Source: Acholeplasmataceae bacterium (GTDB taxonomy: Bacteria > Bacillota_I > Bacilli_A > Acholeplasmatales > Acholeplasmataceae). From it: DNA of 64,000 nt. The stretch spans positions 1,248,001 to 1,312,000 of the forward strand of contig OY775910.1 of the NCBI GenBank assembly GCA_963675245.1. Direction: 5' to 3'. Shown here piece by piece: positions 8,892 to 18,018 of this stretch. The stretch's first letter is position 1. Each line of letters begins with the position of its first letter. The position numbers were made by a program, and so were the translations under genes. Below the pieces are notes generated by a model. It had not been told where the DNA came from. It saw only the letters and a list, made by a program, of their open reading frames with translations, and did no database searches.

Positions 8892-8942
8892 ATACACGAT
8901 TAAACCTAAAATTACACGATTATAAACACTTTAACACGATTA
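8892..8942 (+). repeat. phased array of ACACGATT motifs, 20 bp period (array A2)
   Basis: ACACGATTA at 8894, 8914 and 8934, same orientation as array A1. Confidence 0.85.
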
Positions 8943-8966
8943 TATTAATTTTAGTAAGAAATCTTA

Positions 8967-9001
8967 TTGATAAACAACTGTATCTATCGTATAATTACAG
9001 T
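8967..9001 (+). promoter_or_regulatory. promoter with overlapping YtrA/GntR-type operator
   Basis: TTGATA(8967)-17 bp-TATAAT(8990); inverted repeat ACTGTA(8977)..TACAGT(8996) spans the -10. Confidence 0.7.
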
Positions 9002-9017
9002 AGAACGAGGTGAAATC

Positions 9018-9392
9018 ATGAATATAATTGTTACTATGTTTTCAGATAAACCTATATATGAACAAATTAAAGAACAGATGAAAAAATCAATTATAAAAAA
9101 AGAAATTATAGCTGGATTTCAATTACCTAGTGTTCGATCCTTATCAAAGGATTTGCAAATTGGTATTGTAACGGTAAAGCGTGCATATGATGATTTAGTT
9201 CAAGAAGGGTACATTATTAGTCAAGCTGCAAAAGGGTATTATGTAATTGATATAGATGTTGATCGTGTTCTTCATGAATACAAACAGAGAATCAGCAATC
9301 ACATAAATGAAATTCTACGTCTAGTTGATGAGTCTAAGATGCCGAAATCTATTGTTGAAAAATTATGGAGTGAAAAAGGAGAAAGCAAATGA
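9018..9392 (+). CDS. GntR-family (YtrA subfamily) transcriptional regulator
   Basis: KPIYEQI, LPSVRSLS, TVKRAYDDL; short C-terminus; ATG 9018 after GAGGTG. Confidence 0.92.
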   Translation: MNIIVTMFSDKPIYEQIKEQMKKSIIKKEIIAGFQLPSVRSLSKDLQIGIVTVKRAYDDLVQEGYIISQAAKGYYVIDIDVDRVLHEYKQRISNHINEILRLVDESKMPKSIVEKLWSEKGESK

Positions 9393-10216
9393 ACAGTATA
9401 GAAATTAGAAATATGAATGCTAAAGTTGGAGATTTCACACTTAATGATATAAATCTTTCTATTCCAAAAGGATCTATTACAGGACTTGTTGGAAAAAATG
9501 GTGCAGGAAAAACAACATTATTTAAAACACTAAATGGGACATATCTAAAGACATCAGGTGATATTCTTATCAATAGTCTGAAGTTTTCTGATTCTGAAAA
9601 AGAAATAAGAACTAATTTGGCAATTGTTTATGATGAGATAAATTATAATCCTTATGCTAAAGTAAAATTATTGAAAAAAATATATAGACAAAATCATCCA
9701 AAGTTTGATTCTGAATACTTTGATCTTTTGATAGATAGATTTGGAATAGATGTTAAGAAAAGATTAGTTAGTTTGTCCTTAGGCATGCAAAAAAAACTAA
9801 TGGTGATACTTGCTTTGTCGGTACGACCAACGATTTTATTACTGGATGAGCCGTTAATAGGGATTGATCCAATTGACAAGCAAGATTTAATAAAATTAAT
9901 TCAACAATATATGGAAGATGAAAACAATACAATTATCCTTTCTAGTCATCAAGTAGAAGATATCCAAAAAATTGCTGATTATATTATATTTCTAAATGAT
10001 GGTCAAATTATGCTATTTGAAGATAAAGAAATTTTACTAGATTCATTTAGAATAGTTCACACAAGTGACATTGATTATAACAATGATTTGTATATAAATC
10101 CAGTATTGGATTCTATGGGAATAAGTGGGTTAATTAGAACCGAAGATGTATCGAAAATTAAAGGAATAACCCAAAAAGCGTCGTTAGAGCAAATATTCAT
10201 TCATTTGTGTAAATAG
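9389..10216 (+). CDS. ABC transporter ATP-binding protein
   Basis: GKNGAGKTT, LSLGM, LLLDEP, SSH. Confidence 0.93.
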   Translation: MNSIEIRNMNAKVGDFTLNDINLSIPKGSITGLVGKNGAGKTTLFKTLNGTYLKTSGDILINSLKFSDSEKEIRTNLAIVYDEINYNPYAKVKLLKKIYRQNHPKFDSEYFDLLIDRFGIDVKKRLVSLSLGMQKKLMVILALSVRPTILLLDEPLIGIDPIDKQDLIKLIQQYMEDENNTIILSSHQVEDIQKIADYIIFLNDGQIMLFEDKEILLDSFRIVHTSDIDYNNDLYINPVLDSMGISGLIRTEDVSKIKGITQKASLEQIFIHLCK

Positions 10217-10228
10217 GGAGTGTTTAAG

Positions 10229-10927
10229 ATGAAAAAGTACTTAAGATTTTATAATATATTGAGATTGACAATACCAACAAGAGATGGCGTTTTATTTCTA
10301 CTTGTATTCAGTATTCTTAACATAATTATTTATGATAAGTTCATGACTCCAAAAGATGTTTTTACTGTAGGGATGGCTGTGATTTTTTTATGGACACTTT
10401 TTGTTTCTATATATTATTCATACTTAACTCATTCTAATCCAGCACATGCTGTTTATCAGTTTCCTATTACAGCAAAAGAGCGAGTTCGTAATCACTATAT
10501 CAGTCCTATATTTATGTCTGTAGCTGTTAGTTTAGCATTGGTTTTATTCGGCTATATAATAGCAGGATTGTTTGCTTTATTTGGAAACATGGAAAGTGCT
10601 ACTGAGACAGATCCTTTTTATCTCGAAGGAACAATTTTCTCAGTTGGTTATTTAATACTAGTATATTCTATATATATGCCCACATCATTCATGCTTGATA
10701 AGAAGAAAAACTTCATAGTAGGGATAATGGGTTTGGTGTTTTTAACTTTAATCAGTTATTCTGTAGTTTTATTGGTTACTGGGTCCTTTAGCTTATCATT
10801 AGGAATTCCTGTCATCCTGGCTAATTCATCAAGTGGTCTTTTAGTTTCTATAATTACACTTATTATAAGTTTTTTAGCAGCTTTCGGTTCTTATAAGTTT
10901 TCAGTAAAATTACTCAAATATGATTAG
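10229..10927 (+). CDS. ABC-2-type transporter permease
   Basis: About six hydrophobic segments, FPITAKERV motif, directly after the ATPase gene (track start 10220). Confidence 0.75.
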   Translation: MKKYLRFYNILRLTIPTRDGVLFLLVFSILNIIIYDKFMTPKDVFTVGMAVIFLWTLFVSIYYSYLTHSNPAHAVYQFPITAKERVRNHYISPIFMSVAVSLALVLFGYIIAGLFALFGNMESATETDPFYLEGTIFSVGYLILVYSIYMPTSFMLDKKKNFIVGIMGLVFLTLISYSVVLLVTGSFSLSLGIPVILANSSSGLLVSIITLIISFLAAFGSYKFSVKLLKYD

Positions 10928-11093
10928 AATATATAGCATTATACACTAATATATAGCTTAAGTATGTAATTTAGTAAAAGTAACAGCTAAAAAAGAAAGT
11001 AACAACAAAACTTGACTTATTGATTAGTTCTGCTAAGATTTAATTAAAGCATATCTAGCAGCAATATAATTATAGTCAAGTTAGGAATAACAT

Positions 11094-12428
11094 ATGAAAA
11101 AACAATCATTAATCATGAAAATTGGGGGTATTTTCAAGCAGTATCGAGGATTATCTAAATCCGCTTACGTTTTATTTTTTGCCCGTTTAGTAACAAGCAT
11201 GGGCGCGTTTATTTTTCCAATGCTTACCTTGATACTCACAGTTAAAATTGGGTATACGATGCTTTATGCTGGAAGTCTGATGGCAATTGTCTCAATATTA
11301 ATGTTATTTGCTAATTTGATTGGTGGTAAATTAGCTGACAAGTTTAATCAAAAAAAAATGATCATCATTCTAGATATCATAAGTGTGATTTTTTTCTTTG
11401 CATGTGCCATTGTACAACCACAAGAAATCATGATTTATTTTCTAGTCATATCAGGTTTCTTCGCGACTATGGAAGGTCCTGCATTTGAAGCACTTATCGC
11501 AGAAGCGACACTACCTGCAGAAAGAGAAAAAGTATTTTCTCTTGCCTATGTTGGATTTAATTTAGGATTTGCTTTTGGTGCTGCAATTGCTGGTTTATTA
11601 TTTACAAATTATCTTAGCTTAGCCTTCATTCTTGATGGCGTGACAACCTTGTCTTCAACGTTATTGATTATTTTCTTTGTCAAAGTATATAAACACGAAG
11701 ATATCAAAGAAGAAGATAAAAATGAATATGAAGATCATTTAGACGAAAAAAAATCTATTTTCACCATATTGAAAGAAAGAAAGTCAATTGTTTATTTTAT
11801 CATGATTACCATTTTTGGTGCGTTCATTTATCAACAATGGACGTTTACTTTACCTGCTTATGTTATCCATGTGTTTGGAGAAGAGTTGGGGGCAACTTAT
11901 TATGGATTTATAGCGAGTGCTAATGGTATTGCTGTGATTGTATTAACACCAATGATGACATATCTTTTAAGAAAAAAATACGAATTACAGAAAATGATGA
12001 TTGGTGCATTGATGATGGGGTTAAGTTTCCTCATTATATTTAGAGTGAATTTTTTGTTCTTATTTTTTATATTTATATTTGCATTTACTTTGGCTGAAGT
12101 GATTAATACGATTGGATCTGGACCATACATGAGTAGAAGAGTGCCAGGTTCGCATAGAGGTAGATTGTCTTCAATATCTTATTTAGGTTATTTCGTTGGT
12201 GCAAATATAAGTACTGTTATTTGCGGTTTAATCATTGATCGATTGGGATATGATTATGTACTTGGACTTCTAGCATTGTTAGGTGTTATTGAATCTATTT
12301 TGATTTTTTCAAATCATAAATTAGACAAGAAAATTTTCCCCAAATTGTATATAACTCCTCCAAGTATGATGAAAACCAGTATTATGAAAGAAAAAGAAAT
12401 CGAACTAAACAACGACACACAATTCTAA
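11094..12428 (+). CDS. MFS transporter
   Basis: About 12 TM segments, GGKLADKFNQK motif A, GLIIDRLG. Confidence 0.9.
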   Translation: MKKQSLIMKIGGIFKQYRGLSKSAYVLFFARLVTSMGAFIFPMLTLILTVKIGYTMLYAGSLMAIVSILMLFANLIGGKLADKFNQKKMIIILDIISVIFFFACAIVQPQEIMIYFLVISGFFATMEGPAFEALIAEATLPAEREKVFSLAYVGFNLGFAFGAAIAGLLFTNYLSLAFILDGVTTLSSTLLIIFFVKVYKHEDIKEEDKNEYEDHLDEKKSIFTILKERKSIVYFIMITIFGAFIYQQWTFTLPAYVIHVFGEELGATYYGFIASANGIAVIVLTPMMTYLLRKKYELQKMMIGALMMGLSFLIIFRVNFLFLFFIFIFAFTLAEVINTIGSGPYMSRRVPGSHRGRLSSISYLGYFVGANISTVICGLIIDRLGYDYVLGLLALLGVIESILIFSNHKLDKKIFPKLYITPPSMMKTSIMKEKEIELNNDTQF

Positions 12429-12555
12429 AATAAAAATATACTAAATAGCAGGGGATAAAAAATAACTTGATCTTTCAATGGTAAGCAAATATATTCTCAT
12501 GATATATGTATTTGACTATAATGAAAATAAGTTAGATATTGGAAGGAGTTTGTAT

Positions 12556-12924
12556 ATGTTAGGTGCTTTTTCAATAAGTTTAAATGTCAAAGATATTCAT
12601 AAGTCATTTGAGTTTTATAAAATTTTAGGTTTTGAAAAATATGCAGGTGATATTAATCAAAAATGGTTAATCATGAAACAAGGGGATACTATTATAGGTT
12701 TATTTCAAGATATGATTCAAAAAAATATGCTAACTTTCAATCCCGGTTGGGACCAAAATGCCAGTAAACTTGATACGTTTGTGGATGCAAGAATATTAAA
12801 ACAAACATTTAAAGATGCCGGCATTGTGATTCAACAAGCGGTTGAAAAAGCGGTACAAGGACCCACACATTTTATGATAGAAGATCCTGATGGTAATCCA
12901 ATATTTATTGATCAACATGTTTAA
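12556..12924 (+). CDS. VOC/glyoxalase-family protein
   Basis: LGAFSISLNVKDI..SFEFY, IGLFQ, LTFNPGWD, EDPDGNPIFIDQH; ATG 12556 after GGAAGGAG. Confidence 0.88.
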   Translation: MLGAFSISLNVKDIHKSFEFYKILGFEKYAGDINQKWLIMKQGDTIIGLFQDMIQKNMLTFNPGWDQNASKLDTFVDARILKQTFKDAGIVIQQAVEKAVQGPTHFMIEDPDGNPIFIDQHV

Positions 12925-12930
12925 GTTTTA

Positions 12931-12959
12931 AAAAGTCTTTTTGCGAAAAGACTTTTTTT
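12931..12959 (+). terminator. rho-independent terminator
   Basis: AAAAGTCTTTT-TGCG-AAAAGACTTTT plus T-run. Confidence 0.75.
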
Positions 12960-13155
12960 GGTATAATCATATTCAAAAAAAAATTCAGTACAAGTCAAAC
13001 GTATTGAAGCATATCTTCTATGTGTATTAATTAATAATTTTAATATACGAACATAGATCGATTAGATTCATCATTGATATTGTGATACAATGAATAATAA
13101 AGTTATCGATCAGATAATTGATAACAAACATCACTTATTTAAAGAGGACAATCAA

Positions 13156-14106
13156 ATGAAAAAGAACTTAGGAACAATAATAACTGTCATCGTAACACTT
13201 TCTTTATCCGTATTAGGATTCATTTTAGGAGGGTTTCAACTTAGCAACCTTCAATTAGACACATTGACGATACTTATTATAGTTTGTGTCATTAGCATAG
13301 CATATTGTTTTATCGCAGGTGAAATGACAGGAAACAATTCACAAATGGATAAGTTATGGTCGATTTTACCTATCGCTTATGCTTGGATTATCGTTGCAAA
13401 AAGTGGTATGAATCCACGTTTAATCGTTATGGCAATCCTGATTACTATATGGGGTGTTAGATTAACACTTAACTTTGCGAAAAAAGGTGCATACTCAATA
13501 AAGTTTTGGTCAGGTGAAGAAGACTATAGATGGGTTGTTTTAAGAAATGATCCCAATTTAAATAAGAGATGGAAATGGGCACTCTTCAATTTATTTTTTA
13601 TCTCTATCTATCAAAATGCATTAGTGCTCGCGATTACGTTACCATTACTTGCAACAATGGAATCGACAGTCGCATTTAGCTTGTTAGATGGTTTAATTGC
13701 TGGCCTTCTATTAGGATTTATTGTGTTAGAGACAATTGCTGATCAGCAACAAATGGCATATCAAACTAGAAAATATGAATTATTAGAAGAAGGAAAGAAG
13801 TTAGAAGATCTACCAAGTCCATATAATAAAGGATTTAATACAAAAGGATTGTGGAGTCGTTCAAGACATCCGAATTATTTTTCTGAACAATCAATTTGGT
13901 TTGTTTTATATCTCTTTTGTCTAAGTGCAGGTGTAGCATCTTATATCTTGTTTAACTGGACACTAATTGGTTCTATGTTTTTAATTTTATTATTCATAGG
14001 TAGTTCTAATTTTTCAGAAGGTATTTCACTTCAGAAGTATCCAACCTATCATGACTATGTGAACAACGTTTCTAAATATGTGCCACTTAAAAAATACGAC
14101 AATTAA
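13156..14106 (+). CDS. DUF1295 / steroid 5-alpha-reductase-like membrane protein
   Basis: MDKLWSILP, WGVRL, EDYRW, ETIADQQ, GLWSRSRHPNYFSE; ATG 13156 after GAGG. Confidence 0.88.
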   Translation: MKKNLGTIITVIVTLSLSVLGFILGGFQLSNLQLDTLTILIIVCVISIAYCFIAGEMTGNNSQMDKLWSILPIAYAWIIVAKSGMNPRLIVMAILITIWGVRLTLNFAKKGAYSIKFWSGEEDYRWVVLRNDPNLNKRWKWALFNLFFISIYQNALVLAITLPLLATMESTVAFSLLDGLIAGLLLGFIVLETIADQQQMAYQTRKYELLEEGKKLEDLPSPYNKGFNTKGLWSRSRHPNYFSEQSIWFVLYLFCLSAGVASYILFNWTLIGSMFLILLFIGSSNFSEGISLQKYPTYHDYVNNVSKYVPLKKYDN

Positions 14107-14350
14107 AAGAGCAATTTAAGTATTTACCAATAAATCAAAACATGACAAGTGTAATCAATGAAGAAATGAAATCAACTCATTTGGATAGAAAAATAAGTGC
14201 AATCGCTAAAAAGAATCATTTGTGCATTCAAAAACATGTTGATTACAATGATATTGATAAAATATATTTCACAAGATCTAACAAAGGAAATCCTGATAAT
14301 GAGATTCATTGTCAACAAGGTGTGAATTATTGTGAATCCTCAGAAAAAAT

Positions 14351-14383
14351 AAAGGAATATTGATGTTAGTCAATATTCCTTTT
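14351..14383. terminator. long AT-rich hairpin, probable terminator
   Basis: AAAGGAATATTGA-TGTTAG-TCAATATTCCTTT. Confidence 0.7.
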
Positions 14384-14660
14384 ACGCATTTAAATATCTT
14401 CTTTTGAAGTTATGATGTCTTTATCGCGTGAAGCATTCATGAGAAATAATTTTTTTGATAGTAAAGGTATTTAAGGCAAATATAGTATATCTCAAGATAT
14501 GAAAGAAGACTGTTTAGTATACCTTTTCTATTTAAAGCGTTAGTGTTATTGATCTTTTTCATATAAAATGATTATACTCAGCATAGATATATTTAAATTG
14601 TTTAAACAAATAATTTGAATCGAACAAAATAAATAATTAAAAATAAGGAAGGAAGAAATA

Positions 14661-15512
14661 ATGAAAATAGCAATCTTAACAGATTCAGCTTCTAATTTAG
14701 GTCCTGAATTTGTAAATAAACATGATAATTTATTTCAAGTACCATTGATTATCAATATTGATGGTAAAAGCTATAAAGATCAAGTAGAAGTCACTGCTGA
14801 ACAGGTTTATAATGACCTTGATGAGCACGAGGTAACTACTAGTTTACCGAATTCAAAAGATTTGGTTACGACGCTAGAAAAAATAAAATCAGAGGGATTC
14901 ACACATGTTTTTTGTATAAATATTTCTTCTGGATTGAGTGGTACGTTTAATGCTTTTCGTTTGGAATTTACACAGTTTGAGGGATTAAGCATCACCCATT
15001 ATGATTCCAAGACACTTGGAATGGGACTGGGATTTTTAGTAGAGTATGCGTTAGAGTTAGTTAAGGAGAATAAATCGATCAAGGATATAATTAAGCTTTT
15101 AGACCATATGAGATATGAAGATAGTATTGCATTTTATACAATTAATACATTGAAATATCTTCGCAAGGGTGGTCGTATCGGTAAAGTTGAAGGAACGATT
15201 GGAGAAATTCTTCATATTAAACCTGTGATTACTGTGAATGAAGATGGTGTTTACGTCACGATGTCAAAAGCGTTTGGTATGAAACGTGCACTGATTTTGA
15301 TGAGAAATATTCTTGTTGAGAAATTTGGAACTGATTTAATTGATCTCGTGGTGCATTATGGAAGTGACCCAGTTCAAGCACAACAGCTTGGAGAGAAATT
15401 GAAGGGATTTTTAAATATTAGAAATGTTTCCACATCTCAATTGACGCCTGTTTTAGGTGTTCACACTGGTCCTGATATGTTTGCATATGTTGCAAGAAGA
15501 ATATACGATTAA
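14661..15512 (+). CDS. DegV-family fatty acid-binding protein (FakB-like)
   Basis: ILTDSAS, TTSLP, ISSGLSGT, DSK, LRKGGRIG, LGVHTGP. Confidence 0.93.
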   Translation: MKIAILTDSASNLGPEFVNKHDNLFQVPLIINIDGKSYKDQVEVTAEQVYNDLDEHEVTTSLPNSKDLVTTLEKIKSEGFTHVFCINISSGLSGTFNAFRLEFTQFEGLSITHYDSKTLGMGLGFLVEYALELVKENKSIKDIIKLLDHMRYEDSIAFYTINTLKYLRKGGRIGKVEGTIGEILHIKPVITVNEDGVYVTMSKAFGMKRALILMRNILVEKFGTDLIDLVVHYGSDPVQAQQLGEKLKGFLNIRNVSTSQLTPVLGVHTGPDMFAYVARRIYD

Positions 15513-15582
15513 TTTTAATGCTATAAAAAGATTAATTAACATCAATTGAACTCTGAAAATCATATAGTCATTGTTTCGCTTG

Positions 15583-15615
15583 AAAGAAAACCGTCATTCA
15601 TGGCGGTTTTCTTTT
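15583..15615. terminator. bidirectional terminator
   Basis: AAAGAAAACCGTCA-TTCA-TGGCGGTTTTCTTT. Confidence 0.75.
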
Positions 15616-15788
15616 GCTTAACTAAATTATCACTAACGAATTAATCGATACAGTTTGAATAATGTGATATTGGACATGGCAGCAAAAAAATGGTCAAAAA
15701 GTATAATCGATAAAGCGATAGAAATGATTGCATGAGTTAGTTTAATGAGCAATGTGACTTCGATCTTTTGATTGTACCAATAATTAAT

Positions 15789-15814
15789 AAAAAACCCTTC
15801 GATTGAAGGGTTTA
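15789..15814 (-). terminator. terminator of the glycoside hydrolase gene
   Basis: AAAACCCTTCG-A-TTGAAGGGTTTT with A-run on the + strand. Confidence 0.7.
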
Positions 15815-16708
15815 TTATTTGATCCAAGGTTTAGGTGTTCGATTGACATGATAGATACCCCAATGCTTTTCAGGCTCACTAGGATCAGTACCACCTTTCC
15901 AGGGTTCATCAAAGGCTTCAAAAACGAACATCGTAACGTGATGTTGAATTGACCAATCATTAAGTGCATCTAAATAGAGTTTTTGATTGGCTTCATTTGT
16001 TTGTTCCGGATCCATTTGATTACCGGCACTAGTTGTCCAACCAAATTCAGTAAAAATAACAGATTTAGAAGGATATGTTTTTATCGTATCTTCATATTCT
16101 TTAATCGTCATTGGAATCGCATCTTTTAAAGGAATTTTATGCCAAAGTGGATACACATGAATTGAAATGAAATCAACCACATCAGCTAATGCTTGGCAAT
16201 GGTTTCGCCACTCCCAAGCTCCTTCACAAAATGTAACAAGTGCATTCGTTTTTGATTTCACGTAAAGCACATGATCTCTAAGCGTTAATGGATCCATTTT
16301 ATTGGGATGCCATGAAGCGGTATTTTCATTACCAACAGATAAAGCTAAAACGATATCTTGATATTCATTAGCAAGATCAATGAGTTGGTCTAGTTGTTGG
16401 TAGTTATATCGTTTATGTTTTTGAATAGCCTCATCACTATGTAGACCACCCCATGGACAATCAGGATTTGATATTTCACCTAACGGTTCAACACCTATCA
16501 TCACCTTTAGAGGTATATGATGAGCTCTTATGACACGTAATACGGTTTGTGCATGTGTATAAGGGTTGTACATTCTTATATATTTAAAATGCTTTGATAT
16601 AATGCGTAAATCCTCTAGAACATCTTCATCTGAAGGATGTATATCTTGATGAGGATCTTGATTTTCACGATAGCCAGAATAACATATCGCCTTTTGAAAT
16701 AAAAACAT
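15815..16708 (-). CDS. glycoside hydrolase family 17-like (beta-1,3-glucanase/glucanosyltransferase)
   Basis: AICYSGYR, LSVGNE (acid/base), FTEFGW (nucleophile), FEAFDEPWK, EKHWGI. Confidence 0.85.
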   Translation of the reverse strand: MFLFQKAICYSGYRENQDPHQDIHPSDEDVLEDLRIISKHFKYIRMYNPYTHAQTVLRVIRAHHIPLKVMIGVEPLGEISNPDCPWGGLHSDEAIQKHKRYNYQQLDQLIDLANEYQDIVLALSVGNENTASWHPNKMDPLTLRDHVLYVKSKTNALVTFCEGAWEWRNHCQALADVVDFISIHVYPLWHKIPLKDAIPMTIKEYEDTIKTYPSKSVIFTEFGWTTSAGNQMDPEQTNEANQKLYLDALNDWSIQHHVTMFVFEAFDEPWKGGTDPSEPEKHWGIYHVNRTPKPWIK

Positions 16709-16821
16709 GTTTAAAACTCCTTAATGTTTGATGTATTAATTTCATTGTACCATTTCAGAAGCTTAAATTTATATGACAAATGCTTATCTAATTTGATACA
16801 ATTAAAACAATAGATCATTAT

Positions 16822-16907
16822 GCGGACGTGGTGGAACGGTAGACACGCATGCTTCAGGCGCATGTGGCAGAAATGTTGTGAGAGTTCAAATCTCTTCGTC
16901 CGCACCA
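16822..16907 (+). tRNA. tRNA-Leu(CAG)
   Basis: GCGGACG/CGTCCGC acceptor, CATGC-TTCAGGC-GCATG anticodon arm, long variable arm, GTTCAAA, CCA. Confidence 0.95.
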
Positions 16908-17055
16908 ACATACAAAGGCTTTTAGCCTTTTTTTACTATCTGTTGGCATTTTTGCCTTTCAAAGTGATAGAATAAAAGTAGAACCAAACGATAAATAAAA
17001 TGAATGATTTTTTTATTAACAAAAATCAACGTTTTGACACATAAAGGAGACATAT

Positions 17056-18003
17056 ATGGAATCAAGCAAAGTCGTAATTATCGGTACAGGCGCAGTGGGT
17101 ATGAGCTATGCTTATGCCATGGTCAACCAAGGCACAGTAGAAAGCATCGTTTTAATTGATATTGATGCAAGAAAAGCAGAAGGCGAAGCGATGGATTTAA
17201 ATCATGGTTTAGCTTTTGGTCCAAGAAAGATGTCCATAAAAGCGGGTACGTATGAAGATTGTAAAGATGCTGGTTTAGTTGTCATTACAGCTGGTGTTAA
17301 TCAAAAAGAAGGCGAAACAAGAATCGATTTATTAAATCGAAATGCTAAAATCATTAAATCAGTTGTTCGTTCAGTTATGGATGCTGGATTTAAAGGCATC
17401 ATTATGATGGCAACAAACCCAGTAGATATCCTAACCTATGTTGCATGGAAAGAATCTGGTTTACCATCAAGCAGAGTGTTTGGTAGTGGTACATCATTAG
17501 ATACAGCCAGATTAAGATACGAAATCGCATCAAAAATTGATATTTCAGTATCAAATATTCACGCCTATATTTTAGGTGAACATGGTGATTCAGAATTTGT
17601 CTGTTGGTCAAATGCCTATGTTGGTGCGAAACCAATCAAAGATGTGATTGAAACAATGAATCCACAAATCACATTTGATGATATGGATAAAATTTATGAA
17701 AACGTCAAAGGCGCAGCTTATGAAATCATTAAACGTAAACGTGCAACATTTTATGGTATTGGCATGACGCTTGCTAAATTAACACAAGCGATCTTTGATA
17801 ATGAAAATCGTATTTTACCAATATCTGTGTTAAATCAAGGTGTATATCCATGTGAATCAGATGTCTATATTGGTTTACCGGCAGTTTTAAATCGTGATGG
17901 CGTTCATCACATTGTAAAACTAAATATGTCTGAAGATGAAGTGAAAAAATTAAAACATTCAGCAAATATTTTAAGAGATAGCTTAAATAAAATGGCGTTT
18001 TAA
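17056..18003 (+). CDS. ldh: L-lactate dehydrogenase
   Basis: GTGAVG, TAGVNQKEGETRIDL (Gln specificity residue), NPVD, GTSLDTARLR, GEHGDS. Confidence 0.95.
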   Translation: MESSKVVIIGTGAVGMSYAYAMVNQGTVESIVLIDIDARKAEGEAMDLNHGLAFGPRKMSIKAGTYEDCKDAGLVVITAGVNQKEGETRIDLLNRNAKIIKSVVRSVMDAGFKGIIMMATNPVDILTYVAWKESGLPSSRVFGSGTSLDTARLRYEIASKIDISVSNIHAYILGEHGDSEFVCWSNAYVGAKPIKDVIETMNPQITFDDMDKIYENVKGAAYEIIKRKRATFYGIGMTLAKLTQAIFDNENRILPISVLNQGVYPCESDVYIGLPAVLNRDGVHHIVKLNMSEDEVKKLKHSANILRDSLNKMAF

Positions 18004-18018
18004 GAAAGAAGTGACATT

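Noticed and set aside
8783..9013. 76 aa ORF
   Set aside because: Runs through a T-tract, the repeat array and the GntR promoter; no RBS.
14142..14363. 73 aa ORF
   Set aside because: No RBS, no recognisable motif, and the stop lies inside a terminator hairpin; likely spurious or a relic.
6689..16907. Shared 3' sequence TCGTCCGCACCA of the two Leu tRNAs as attL/attR of a 10 kb element
   Set aside because: Both are complete tRNAs with different anticodons; isoacceptor similarity explains the match and there is no integrase.
16711..16911. 66 aa minus-strand ORF
   Set aside because: Antisense shadow of tRNA-Leu(CAG).
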